Source of the DNA: Marine Group II euryarchaeote MED-G38
Lineage (GTDB): Archaea; Thermoplasmatota; Poseidoniia; Poseidoniales; Thalassarchaeaceae
DNA length: 64,000 bases
Direction: 5' to 3'
NCBI GenBank assembly: GCA_002457145.1
Contig: NTJP01000009.1
Coordinates: 3,216-67,215 of the forward strand
A model generated the notes under the pieces. The model had not been told where the DNA came from. It ran no database searches and worked only from the letters and a program-made list of their open reading frames with translations. A program made the translations under genes and the position numbers. Within the stretch, counting starts at the first letter, position 1. Each line of letters begins with the position of its first letter. Below, one piece after another: positions 25,001 to 33,276 of this stretch.

Positions 25001-26996
25001 TATATTTGTAACTAACCTGTACTAAAACATCTTCTACAGTTCCATTATCATCTCCTTGATCTACGTTACCTCGTATCCTATATATTTCTCCTTCCATCAA
25101 CCATGACATGCATACCAAAATATCTGAATTATCTGGATCATATTCACATTCTCCATCAACTGGATTTTCTATCTCGACCCAATTACCAGACCCCGCTCCT
25201 GGGCCTGTTTCATTTCCAACTGGGGGCCCCCCTCCGTCTCCGTCATCAAACATACCTCTCATGGTGGAACTACCATCTATTATTCCAAAGCCATACTGTG
25301 TGTTCCATGAATAACCATCTAATTCTTCAGATTGTGATCCTCTACTTTCGGAGTATTTCATAAGATATTCTTTTATTTTTTCTGTATTATCTGGATCTTT
25401 ATAATCCATTATCCCCTCTTTAATTCCTATCTGGAGCATTATGGCCACAAGACCTGCAACAGCAGGAGTAGACATACTTGTGCCATCTTTGGAGGTATAG
25501 CTATCCTTGGCCCTATTATTTTCTGATCCAGGTACTATTGATGTTGATTGAGCATGTTCTGCAGATATTATTCCTGATCCAGGAGCCACCACCCAAGGCT
25601 TCAATTCATCTTCATAATCTCCATCATTATCATTTTCCCTTGGACCAGAATTTGAATAAGAAGCTAAACTATCATCATTCCTGTCAATACTATTTTTATC
25701 GTCAATAGCACCTACAGTTATGGCCTTATCTGCTGCACCTACTGAAGTAACTCGTCTTTGCCCATCGTTTCCTATTGCAGCTATGCAAACAATTCCTGCA
25801 TCAGATGCTTGATTTACCGCTTGCGCTTCAGCACTTGTACCATTGTCTCCCGCATCATCACTACCAGTTGGAGATGATGCACTTCCAAAAGACATAGACA
25901 TTATATCTATTCCTTCACTAGAATCATTATTTCCCCAATCCGTGTCTACATTCTGTGTGGCCCATTGAATTCCCTGTAAAATAGATTGAGAATTTGATCC
26001 ACCAGCATCAGTCATCACTTTAACATCAACAAGATATGCACCAGGCGCATATCCTTGATTTTCTCTATCGCTATCTCCAGTCCCAAGAGCAATTCCTGCA
26101 ACATGAGTGCCATGACCATCTCCGTCATCTGGATCATCATCCCCGTTTGTTGAGCAAGAACTTCCTGAAAAAGAGGTCGCATCACAACCTGCAACCCATT
26201 TTGGGTCTTCTAAATCATTTGGATCATTGGTATTGTCGTTATTATCATCGGAAAAATCATCTAAGGAAAAGTGCTCATTATCTACTCCAGTATCCAAAAT
26301 AGCAATTACGATTCCAGAGCCATCATAATTCAATTCCCTCATTGTTTCTGCATACAAACTTGATGCTCTAACCTTTGATCCTTTGGCGGCCTTATCTAAA
26401 TAAGGAACCAAAACATTTTGTTGCTCAATAAGAACCACTCCGTCTAAACTCCATAATTCTAATAAAGAACTAATTGGCACATGGTCTAATACTATATTAT
26501 CCAATATATCCATCGGCATAAACCATGATGATTCTTCTTCCCATCCGTGTTTAATCAAAACTGATTTAACTTTTTCAATATCAGTTTGTCCAGGATGCCA
26601 AGCATAATGAATAATTATGGCTACAGTGCCTTTACCATCTTGTCCAATTATCGAGGTTGTTGATTGAGAATCTTTTTGACCATCTATTATCATCTGAAGA
26701 TCATCGTCCATTCCATTTTGATCGTGATCATGCCAATAATCATACCACCATCCGTATTCTTGGACAGGAATTCCTGCATCTATCGGAGTATGATCTGGAG
26801 ATCTATCTTTTTTGTCGCATATATCATTTCCACAAATTAGCGGTGGAATATCAAGATTTATTATATCTTTATTATTTATTCCTTCATTAGAAATATTTTC
26901 TATTTCATAATTTTGAACTTGAGCACCAACTCCTACAGATAAATCAAACACTATCATTAGTAATGATATCAAGACCGGTTTGATGTCTATCCGCAT
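22083..26996 (-). CDS. Giant subtilisin-family (S8) serine protease with CARDB repeats, C-terminal TM anchor and cytoplasmic zinc ribbon
   Basis: 1637 aa. Catalytic triad motifs 'IAILDTGVD', 'GHGTHVAGIA', 'GTSMSTPAVAGLVA'. Two CARDB-like repeats ending '..DESDETNN' and '..DLDWSNN'. TM 'ILVIGVSVTVLILCAIIIV'. Terminal 'CPFCNSKF...CPVCEERI'. Confidence 0.9.
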   Translation of the reverse strand: MRIDIKPVLISLLMIVFDLSVGVGAQVQNYEIENISNEGINNKDIINLDIPPLICGNDICDKKDRSPDHTPIDAGIPVQEYGWWYDYWHDHDQNGMDDDLQMIIDGQKDSQSTTSIIGQDGKGTVAIIIHYAWHPGQTDIEKVKSVLIKHGWEEESSWFMPMDILDNIVLDHVPISSLLELWSLDGVVLIEQQNVLVPYLDKAAKGSKVRASSLYAETMRELNYDGSGIVIAILDTGVDNEHFSLDDFSDDNNDNTNDPNDLEDPKWVAGCDATSFSGSSCSTNGDDDPDDGDGHGTHVAGIALGTGDSDRENQGYAPGAYLVDVKVMTDAGGSNSQSILQGIQWATQNVDTDWGNNDSSEGIDIMSMSFGSASSPTGSDDAGDNGTSAEAQAVNQASDAGIVCIAAIGNDGQRRVTSVGAADKAITVGAIDDKNSIDRNDDSLASYSNSGPRENDNDGDYEDELKPWVVAPGSGIISAEHAQSTSIVPGSENNRAKDSYTSKDGTSMSTPAVAGLVAIMLQIGIKEGIMDYKDPDNTEKIKEYLMKYSESRGSQSEELDGYSWNTQYGFGIIDGSSTMRGMFDDGDGGGPPVGNETGPGAGSGNWVEIENPVDGECEYDPDNSDILVCMSWLMEGEIYRIRGNVDQGDDNGTVEDVLVQVSYKYKPKDNQPAREEILLGWHTPETILTDNSISNWSSTITIPEFTEDEIDASQMIVRVAAKNEFSQWSNITKSTYGIGLIDFILESPSGQNELVGNIKIQGTYKSVDGCIIQWRIGTDDWSDGLTIGGNGYTYTTQDSDGRNVMRTGLIKDSGEWEFNWDSNTIADGTHRISVRMISGNGVISEEVRKQIIVDNIPPSPDLIFRSSALSFEEFGVPITEVYVNTFLEIRGSIRNVGDLSANEVGIILEEDGARRDEYIIPKIESGEILEVTLYWNPSTSGDKQIEIIIDPINTIDESDETNNILSESFPVIARPDGVDLAIREGAIKTTPEIPRPNEQFVVEVRVDNLGSNDAYDVDASLEIKTDKGWQQASSTEIVRIYGQGSTQVSFLYIPNISGPLEIRVDVSGGFADLDWSNNIFETTLLIDKSTLTGPRNLNFKVGEIPLEVIDMEEGGIVITQRDSTLYMYKLTQSKNIVQCNNVLEEMWSGEISVEIDEDNIAHLSWTRRYLDNNGYYKQTLTYSTVDSSCQMTPIQDLMPPILLSDGKYWGIDMDKRDTEIIISGYHQDIFAGGSFQESTDIFLLSSDLPISSSDWSLNENIISGIDISSSTLDNLEIEFGVEDEIHLLYQENRDDTTGIERLGLWYAHGKLDESDWAFKKAVGDQAALPELVVITEKEDEKIISCWREGSLDGSEIVCIIADSSFRAINDQMTNFPARGLRNIEFIETERGIQVYFDNVGPTGPQIQYGLINFEEEWLGISDRLGSGKLHTSTKAPSSTETLILHTSNNGWQIRSLIDDETNNDNDISVLDWFKIQLGLSNNDQEFRILVIGVSVTVLILCAIIIVTTSTQGIKWITQKRKTRIKGSVKLEDDVIDIIGEEDIMVSSTDSDLIELITEDNLSNSKESRRLRRISRIETTEEIEEFEVFPVGIIESKQGKIPLSNNNQIVCPFCNSKFGITIGISATRCPVCEERINL

Positions 26997-27064
26997 GTCA
27001 CTCTAAGGCAGCGACAGTGTTTTATCGTATAATTCCAACCAGTATAAGGGCACAAAATTTATCA

Positions 27065-28147
27065 TTAAGGCCAATTAAGATGTTTATCTGATTTAACACA
27101 TTTCAAAATATATATATCATTCCTGTCTACAGCAACTATTTCTCCATTACAAATAGGACATATAGTTTGTTCAGCTAATTCTTCTAACCATGCTCTTCTG
27201 GTTTCTCTCTCATCTCCTTCTTCACGAAGTTTTTGTAGTATTCTAGATATGTTATCTTCCAATTTTAATCCATTTTTAGTCCAGGGATTATTATCTATTT
27301 GCATTGATAGATCATCATTAATTTGTTTTGACATTTCTCTTTGATCAACCATCGAAGAATCTCCATATGCAGAGATATGGTGGTTTTTAACAATAATTTT
27401 TGCTGAAATATATGAAAGAAAGAATCCTCCGAGGTGGGCCATATGGGCCACATTTGTTTCTCCGGATGTGCCGGATTGTAGGGAATAAATTTGTAATATC
27501 TCTATTCCCACTCTGAGAAATGCTATCAACCAAACAGGCCAAGCACGAATAAGGAAAAGTAAAGGAAACTCTATCCTATCTTCTGGCCAACATGCCATAT
27601 AAGCCCCCAAAAGACCAAATGCTGCTCCACTAGCACCTATTGCAGGATTCAATGAATCGGGATGTGTAAATATCCAAGCAAGATTTCCACCTATGAATCC
27701 AAGTGAATAAACGATTAACCATTTTTTTGCTCCTAATCTTTGTTCTAGTGGTACACCTACCAATGCTATAACGAGTATATTACTCAATGCATGCACCCAA
27801 TCTGCATGCAACCAAGCAGCAGTAATGAATCTATGAAAATGTAAACTTTCATCCATAAATATTGGAATTAGGCCAAAAATTTCTATCGGCTCAAAGGAAA
27901 AGATATTATTCTGAGAAAAACTCAGAAAATATTGAATGAAATGAACTAATAGTAAAGATAAAACCATTCCCAATGCCACACTTGTTTTATCCTTATAAGC
28001 ATAAAAGAATGGCAATAATGCCACTGTAAAGATGATAACTATCCAAAAAAAGTCAGATATTTCTAACAGGCTCCACTTCCAATCTTCATCCAACAGGAAC
28101 GCCTCATTCACACCCAAAAGACATCTATGGATAGAATTTTTCATCAA
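27065..28147 (-). CDS. Rhomboid-family intramembrane serine protease with cytoplasmic C-terminal zinc-ribbon-like tail
   Basis: 360 aa. 'WLHADWVH', catalytic 'GASGAAFGLLGA', 'AHLGGF'. The C-terminal soluble tail ends 'CPICNGEIV...CVKSDKH'. Confidence 0.85.
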   Translation of the reverse strand: MMKNSIHRCLLGVNEAFLLDEDWKWSLLEISDFFWIVIIFTVALLPFFYAYKDKTSVALGMVLSLLLVHFIQYFLSFSQNNIFSFEPIEIFGLIPIFMDESLHFHRFITAAWLHADWVHALSNILVIALVGVPLEQRLGAKKWLIVYSLGFIGGNLAWIFTHPDSLNPAIGASGAAFGLLGAYMACWPEDRIEFPLLFLIRAWPVWLIAFLRVGIEILQIYSLQSGTSGETNVAHMAHLGGFFLSYISAKIIVKNHHISAYGDSSMVDQREMSKQINDDLSMQIDNNPWTKNGLKLEDNISRILQKLREEGDERETRRAWLEELAEQTICPICNGEIVAVDRNDIYILKCVKSDKHLNWP

Positions 28148-28184
28148 TAGAATTACTCAAACGGTATCGCCCTTCCGCAGTGGT

Positions 28185-29603
28185 ATGGACGAAGGGCACC
28201 TAATAGAGTTAGATGACCTTACGGTTATCAGGGGCAATAGAAGTGTTTTGAAAAATATAAATTTCAAATTGAAAGAAGGGGAAATTGTAGCTCTAGTTGG
28301 CCCTAACGGTTCTGGTAAAACTACATTCATTGAGTCCTGTACAGGAATTATTCCATTTAAAAATGGAAAACTATCTTATATCTCCAATTTCAATGAGAGG
28401 ATTATAATAAGAAATAAAGATGGTCGTATTGCTAATATACCTCCTATAGGTATGACATTACAAAATGATGGTTTTTGTGGAGAAGAAACCGTAGGAGAAA
28501 GACTATTGAGCGTTTTGAATATTCAAGACGACGAAGAAGAAAAAACATATTTACTTGATTCTCTTTTGTCTGAATGGGGATTATATCACCGTAAGTCTAG
28601 TCGTATATCTCTTCTTTCAGGAGGGCTAAAGCGACGTCTTTCAGTACTTTCAGGACTTTCTCCTGCTATCTTTAGTGCAAATCCAATTGTAATTTTGTTA
28701 GATGAGCCAAGTGAAGGATTGGATGATGTTGCCTCTGAAATATTAATTAATTGGATAAGGACAATTTCAAATAGAGGGCATGGAGTAATATTTACTTCAC
28801 ATGATAGTGATTTGATCGATTGTGCAGATAGGATTATTAGAATAGAGGAAAATAAACCAATCATAGAATCAGAAGGCAATTCTTCGGGAGAAATAATCAA
28901 AATCCCAGAGCTTAAAATATTTACAAAACCTATTTCTATCGTATCTTTAATCAATTGGGCAGGAAAAATGGAATTTAGGAACCCGATCGATACCTTCGGA
29001 CGCTTAACGCCTGCTTTAGTAGCTCTTTTAATCTCATTTTCATTGATAGGAAATGTTAATCATAATACTTTCAATAATCAAATATTATCTTCCCTAATAT
29101 TATTACCTGCATTCATAACCTGCATAATATCGCCAGCATTAATCAATAGATTCAATGAAGCAGACTGTGGAAAATGGTGGTATATTAATTTGGGCACTAA
29201 ATTCCGACCTGTTAGTTCTGTTATCGGGGCATCACTTCTATTGCCATTACCTCTTACATATCTTTCATGGTTTGTACTAACTGGAAATAATACAACACTT
29301 TATTCTGAAGATGTAATTCTTTGGCTCTGGCTTCCTGCACTATCTATGATGGATTTAGCTATCGCCTCTTCTGCATTACATTTTTTAGTATCAGACTTAC
29401 AAAGATCCCATGCATCTTCAGGAGCACTTCTTTTAATATTTTTAGCTTGGCCCTTTTTAGAATTAACCGAAGCATTGTCTGTTATAATGACTGATGGAAT
29501 GTCTTTTTCTCTTCAAATTGGCTCTCCCTTAATTTCCTGTTTATTTGCTAGTTTAGTTTCTTCCTTGGTATGGTTAGTTGCTGTGTTTCTTCCAGATGCA
29601 TAA
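28185..29603 (+). CDS. ABC ATPase fused to a polytopic membrane domain (CcmA-CcmB-like heme exporter, tentative)
   Basis: Track ORF trimmed to the ATG at 28185, because the upstream part overlaps the rhomboid gene. Walker A 'GPNGSGKTT', 'LSGGLKRRL', 'LLDEPSEGLD', then about 6 TM. Immediately upstream of a CcmC-like gene. Confidence 0.6.
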   Translation: MDEGHLIELDDLTVIRGNRSVLKNINFKLKEGEIVALVGPNGSGKTTFIESCTGIIPFKNGKLSYISNFNERIIIRNKDGRIANIPPIGMTLQNDGFCGEETVGERLLSVLNIQDDEEEKTYLLDSLLSEWGLYHRKSSRISLLSGGLKRRLSVLSGLSPAIFSANPIVILLDEPSEGLDDVASEILINWIRTISNRGHGVIFTSHDSDLIDCADRIIRIEENKPIIESEGNSSGEIIKIPELKIFTKPISIVSLINWAGKMEFRNPIDTFGRLTPALVALLISFSLIGNVNHNTFNNQILSSLILLPAFITCIISPALINRFNEADCGKWWYINLGTKFRPVSSVIGASLLLPLPLTYLSWFVLTGNNTTLYSEDVILWLWLPALSMMDLAIASSALHFLVSDLQRSHASSGALLLIFLAWPFLELTEALSVIMTDGMSFSLQIGSPLISCLFASLVSSLVWLVAVFLPDA

Positions 29604-29641
29604 ATGATAGTATTGATGACCTATAATTAAGTGGACGTGTC

Positions 29642-30358
29642 ATGCCTGATTACAAGACCGTCTCTTTGACGCTAATTTTGTTAGGCTTATTCGGTGCTTC
29701 AATATCAATTTTATTAGGTTTTATTTGGGTTCCAGGGATTGATCCTACGACTGTACAGCAAAATTCCGCTGAATCATATAGAATATTATTTTGGCATGTT
29801 TCATTTGCATGGTGTTCCTTTTTATCATTCTTGATGTTGTTTGTAGGCTCAATACTTTGGTATCTGAAAAATGATGATTTTGGATGGAGATTATTTTCTA
29901 CTGGTTCAGATATGGGCCTATTATTCGGTCTGGGAGTCATTACCTCTGGGCCAATATGGGGTTCAGTGGCATGGGGTAAGCCATGGGACTGGGGTGATTT
30001 AAGATTAAATTCCTTTGCCCTATTGACCAGTGTCGCACTATTTCTAGTGATGTCAAGAAAATCTCAGCCAGATACAAATCAAACTCGAGATACACTTTCA
30101 ATAATAGGCCTATTTGGTTTCTTTTTAGTCCCGATTACTGCAGTAGCAACGACTTTGTATAACAGAAGACATCCACCGATAATAATTATTGAGGGAGAAG
30201 AAACAGGCTTACCAGATGAATGGTTATTCATTCTTACATTTTCCTTTTTCTGTTTTTGCCTTCTTTTCATAGGAATTTCGATACTTAATGACATGGTCAA
30301 TCAGTTAGAATCAAAAATAGAAAAATATCAGCGTGCAATAGATAGAGGAGAGGATTGA
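29642..30358 (+). CDS. ccmC: Heme exporter protein CcmC-like (cytochrome c assembly family)
   Basis: 238 aa, 6 TM. Trp-rich 'WGSVAWGKPWDWGDLRLNS' motif flanked by conserved His ('FWHVSFAW', 'RRHPP'). Confidence 0.7.
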   Translation: MPDYKTVSLTLILLGLFGASISILLGFIWVPGIDPTTVQQNSAESYRILFWHVSFAWCSFLSFLMLFVGSILWYLKNDDFGWRLFSTGSDMGLLFGLGVITSGPIWGSVAWGKPWDWGDLRLNSFALLTSVALFLVMSRKSQPDTNQTRDTLSIIGLFGFFLVPITAVATTLYNRRHPPIIIIEGEETGLPDEWLFILTFSFFCFCLLFIGISILNDMVNQLESKIEKYQRAIDRGED

Positions 30359-30360
30359 AA

Positions 30361-30516
30361 TTGACAGGTTTAACTGAATTAGCATTTGCATATGTAATCA
30401 TGATCGGAATAATAGGCGGTTATGTATGGAATCTATTTTCAAAACTTACAGATGTCGAATCACGTATTAGTGCCGTAGAAAAGAACTTTTCAAAGAATAA
30501 ATATGAGGACGAATAA
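30361..30516 (+). CDS. ccmD: CcmD-like small single-TM protein (not in ORF track)
   Basis: Manual translation from TTG at 30361 (GGAGAGGA upstream): (M)TGLTELAFAYVIMIGIIGGYVWNLFSKLTDVESRISAVEKNFSKNKYEDE*. The 'GGY.VW' TM plus a charged tail resembles CcmD. An alternative ATG start lies inside the ORF. Confidence 0.45.
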   Translation: MTGLTELAFAYVIMIGIIGGYVWNLFSKLTDVESRISAVEKNFSKNKYEDE

Positions 30517-30575
30517 TACGTTTCCCATGAAAACACTTCTAACGTCAATTATCTAGGGTATTATCAGGCAATAAC

Positions 30576-31628
30576 ATGTCAGAGGGAGCATTTTGTATTA
30601 CTTGTGGGGCCAATCCTCCTCTTTCTTCAGATAGAATGTGTGAAATTTGTTTTAGAAAAAGAAATCATTTATCTATAATTCCTGAGAGAATACAACAATA
30701 TAGATGCCCAAAATGCAATAAATATGAGATTCGTGGCAGGTGGTCAGAAATAGATAATGATGATTTAGCCGATTTAAGAATAAGAGAGAATTTACAGATA
30801 CATAATAATTCCACTGATATTGAACTTGGATTCTCAATCGAAGAAATAGATGATAGAACCGTTAGGTTAAACGTCGACATAACAGGAAATATTGAAAGTT
30901 ACACTTTTCAAGATAATCATACATCTTTGATGCAAACTAGTAATGCAGTTTGCCCTGCTTGTACCAGAAAAGCAGGTTCATATTTTGAATCGATAGTTCA
31001 ACTACGTTCAGCTGGAAGAAAATTGGATTCCGTGGAAATAAAAGAAGTCCGAGATACTTTAGATGAAATGCTGGAAAATATGGAACCAGATCCAATGTTC
31101 TTCATAACTAGTGAAGGCCCAGTTACGGGAGGTTGGGATATGCAATTAGGCTCGAAAGCGATGGCCAGAAGTTGGGGTAAAAAATTGACTCAAAAATTCG
31201 GAGGAACAATAAAAGAAACATCAACAGTTGTAGGCTCTAATGATGGAATCGAAGTCACTAGATTGACAATGAGTTACAGAAAACCCGCTTATTCAATTGG
31301 TGATGTTATCAAATTAAAAGGTGAGTTATGGCTTATCAGCCGCTGGCAGAAAGATGGACCAGTTTTACGTAGAATGAAATTCTTTGAAAGAACTGGTGTA
31401 TCTTGGAGAGATATGGAGAAAAGTATTGTAATATGCTCAGTTAAACAACAATATTTAGTTGACATTTTAAATCGTGATAGTTCTGCTGTTGAAATTATGG
31501 ATCCAGTTGATTATAAAATTGTCACAGTTGCATTACCATACGATGATGACAATCAATCATCTAAAATAAGAATTGGATTCATAGATGACACATGGCTAGC
31601 AATACCAGGGACCAATTCGGAGATGTAA
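30576..31628 (+). CDS. NMD3-family protein (archaeal 60S export adaptor homolog)
   Basis: 350 aa. N-terminal Cys clusters 'CITCG..CEIC', 'CPKCNKYEIRGRW', 'CPACTRK' typical of NMD3. Confidence 0.7.
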   Translation: MSEGAFCITCGANPPLSSDRMCEICFRKRNHLSIIPERIQQYRCPKCNKYEIRGRWSEIDNDDLADLRIRENLQIHNNSTDIELGFSIEEIDDRTVRLNVDITGNIESYTFQDNHTSLMQTSNAVCPACTRKAGSYFESIVQLRSAGRKLDSVEIKEVRDTLDEMLENMEPDPMFFITSEGPVTGGWDMQLGSKAMARSWGKKLTQKFGGTIKETSTVVGSNDGIEVTRLTMSYRKPAYSIGDVIKLKGELWLISRWQKDGPVLRRMKFFERTGVSWRDMEKSIVICSVKQQYLVDILNRDSSAVEIMDPVDYKIVTVALPYDDDNQSSKIRIGFIDDTWLAIPGTNSEM

Positions 31629-31630
31629 AT

Positions 31631-32674
31631 ATGGACAACGATTATGACATTTCTGATTTAATAGAAAAATTTGACAAACAAGATATGTGTGGCTTCACTA
31701 GAAGATTTGTTGATAATCTCGAATCTTCTTTTGCAACAGAGATAGAAATAGAACAAGATTTAGATTGGTCTGGAGTCTTATGTCTTGGAATGGGAGGTTC
31801 AGCGGCGGGAGGTGATTTTCTAAAAACACTTGCAGACCATTCGGGAGGAATTCCTTTTGTCGTGTGGAAAGATTACGGCCTCCCCTCTTGGTGGGGTTCA
31901 GATTGGTTAGTAATTGCTACTTCTTACTCTGGAAATACCGAGGAAACTCTTGATGCAGTCACTAATGTACTGGAACAAGGAGGTACAGTAATTGGTATTA
32001 CTTCAGGAGGAAAACTCCAAGAAATAATCTCAGAAGACCATAATTCTCTTTGTTTGAATATTCCGGGCGGGCAAATGCCTAGATCTGCTTTTGGTCATTT
32101 ATTTGGTACCCAATTGTCCATATGCTGGGCACTGGGAATCTTTCAAAGGCCAAGTAATGAGAACATTGTCGATATGCTTACTAGATTGCGAAGATTATCT
32201 TCTGCTGCAGACGTCATAGGAGATAATGGCCTCACACTCTCAATGGCTAAATCTATGTTAGGTAGGCAGATTGGCATAATTTCTCCAACTTTGTTAAGTC
32301 CTGCTGCAAATAGATTTGCAAATCAATTAAATGAAAATTCTGAAAGATTCGCAAGACAAGTAGATCTACCTGAAATGAATCATAATGAAATTGTTGCTTG
32401 GGGTTCTGCTGATAAAAAATCTCATTCTGATATTTATTTCTCATGGGAAGGGTTACACCCAAGAGTTAATGATAGGTTAAAATGGATGTTAGATGAAATA
32501 AGTACTGAGTCTTCATGGATAATCAATTGTGAAGGGCATTCTTTACTCGAATGTTTACTTTATGCTGCACATATTACTGATTGGATTACTATAATACTAG
32601 CATTAATCGAAAATAAAGATCCATCTGATATGGACCCAATTGTTTCTTTGAAAAAACATCTTTCTTCAATTTAA
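31631..32674 (+). CDS. Bifunctional phosphoglucose/phosphomannose isomerase (SIS family)
   Basis: Trimmed to the ATG at 31631, which avoids overlap with the upstream gene. 'CLGMGGSAAGGDFL', 'SYSGNTEET', C-terminal PGI/PMI-type domain. Confidence 0.7.
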   Translation: MDNDYDISDLIEKFDKQDMCGFTRRFVDNLESSFATEIEIEQDLDWSGVLCLGMGGSAAGGDFLKTLADHSGGIPFVVWKDYGLPSWWGSDWLVIATSYSGNTEETLDAVTNVLEQGGTVIGITSGGKLQEIISEDHNSLCLNIPGGQMPRSAFGHLFGTQLSICWALGIFQRPSNENIVDMLTRLRRLSSAADVIGDNGLTLSMAKSMLGRQIGIISPTLLSPAANRFANQLNENSERFARQVDLPEMNHNEIVAWGSADKKSHSDIYFSWEGLHPRVNDRLKWMLDEISTESSWIINCEGHSLLECLLYAAHITDWITIILALIENKDPSDMDPIVSLKKHLSSI

Positions 32675-33252
32675 TATATTGGTCCCATGACCAGTCTTGG
32701 GTCAGGGTAATTTATTAGAAATTCTTCTCTATCGTTAGGATCTACTACGCCTGGCATATCATGAGTAGATGGCTCAATTAATGATAATTGGAAATGAAGA
32801 TGGGGATCCCATCCTCCATTTTCATGTTTATCTCCCATCCAACAAATTACCTCTCCATGAGAAATCTTCTGTCCGATTTCTTTACCTTCTATCGATTTTG
32901 AATCTAGATGTCCATAAAGGGCCCATACTGAGACTCCACCGATAGAATGTTTTGTAATTATCACATACCCATAATCTCCATCTGCTGAATTATAACCATA
33001 ATGAGAAATTTCACCATCGTCAAAGGCCATACATGGAGTTCCTACAGGTGCACCAATATCGATTCCTATGTGGAGATATCTGCCGTCTGAGAATAGGTCC
33101 GTTTCATACATCCCTGGCCTCAGTTCATCGTATTTTCCAATATCATATTCAAATTTAGAAGGTTCATAATTACCTTTTGTGAAATCTCTAACTTCATATT
33201 CTTTTGGTAGATAAACTACTGGATGATACTTGTCCGTCTGCCACTTAATCAT
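32671..33252 (-). CDS. M23-family metallopeptidase, no signal peptide
   Basis: 193 aa. 'HIGIDIGAPVGTP', 'YGHLD', 'GWDPHLHFQL' are LytM/M23 zinc-ligand motifs. The N-terminus is hydrophilic. Confidence 0.8.
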   Translation of the reverse strand: MIKWQTDKYHPVVYLPKEYEVRDFTKGNYEPSKFEYDIGKYDELRPGMYETDLFSDGRYLHIGIDIGAPVGTPCMAFDDGEISHYGYNSADGDYGYVIITKHSIGGVSVWALYGHLDSKSIEGKEIGQKISHGEVICWMGDKHENGGWDPHLHFQLSLIEPSTHDMPGVVDPNDREEFLINYPDPRLVMGPIY

Positions 33253-33276
33253 AGTATGGGATTAGGGGATAGTTAT

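Noticed and set aside
25180-25245. GC-rich patch (ggggcccccctccgtctcc) that could be mistaken for a structured RNA
   Set aside because: It is in frame within the subtilisin gene and encodes a Gly/Pro-rich linker ('DGDGGGPPVGNETGPGAGSG').
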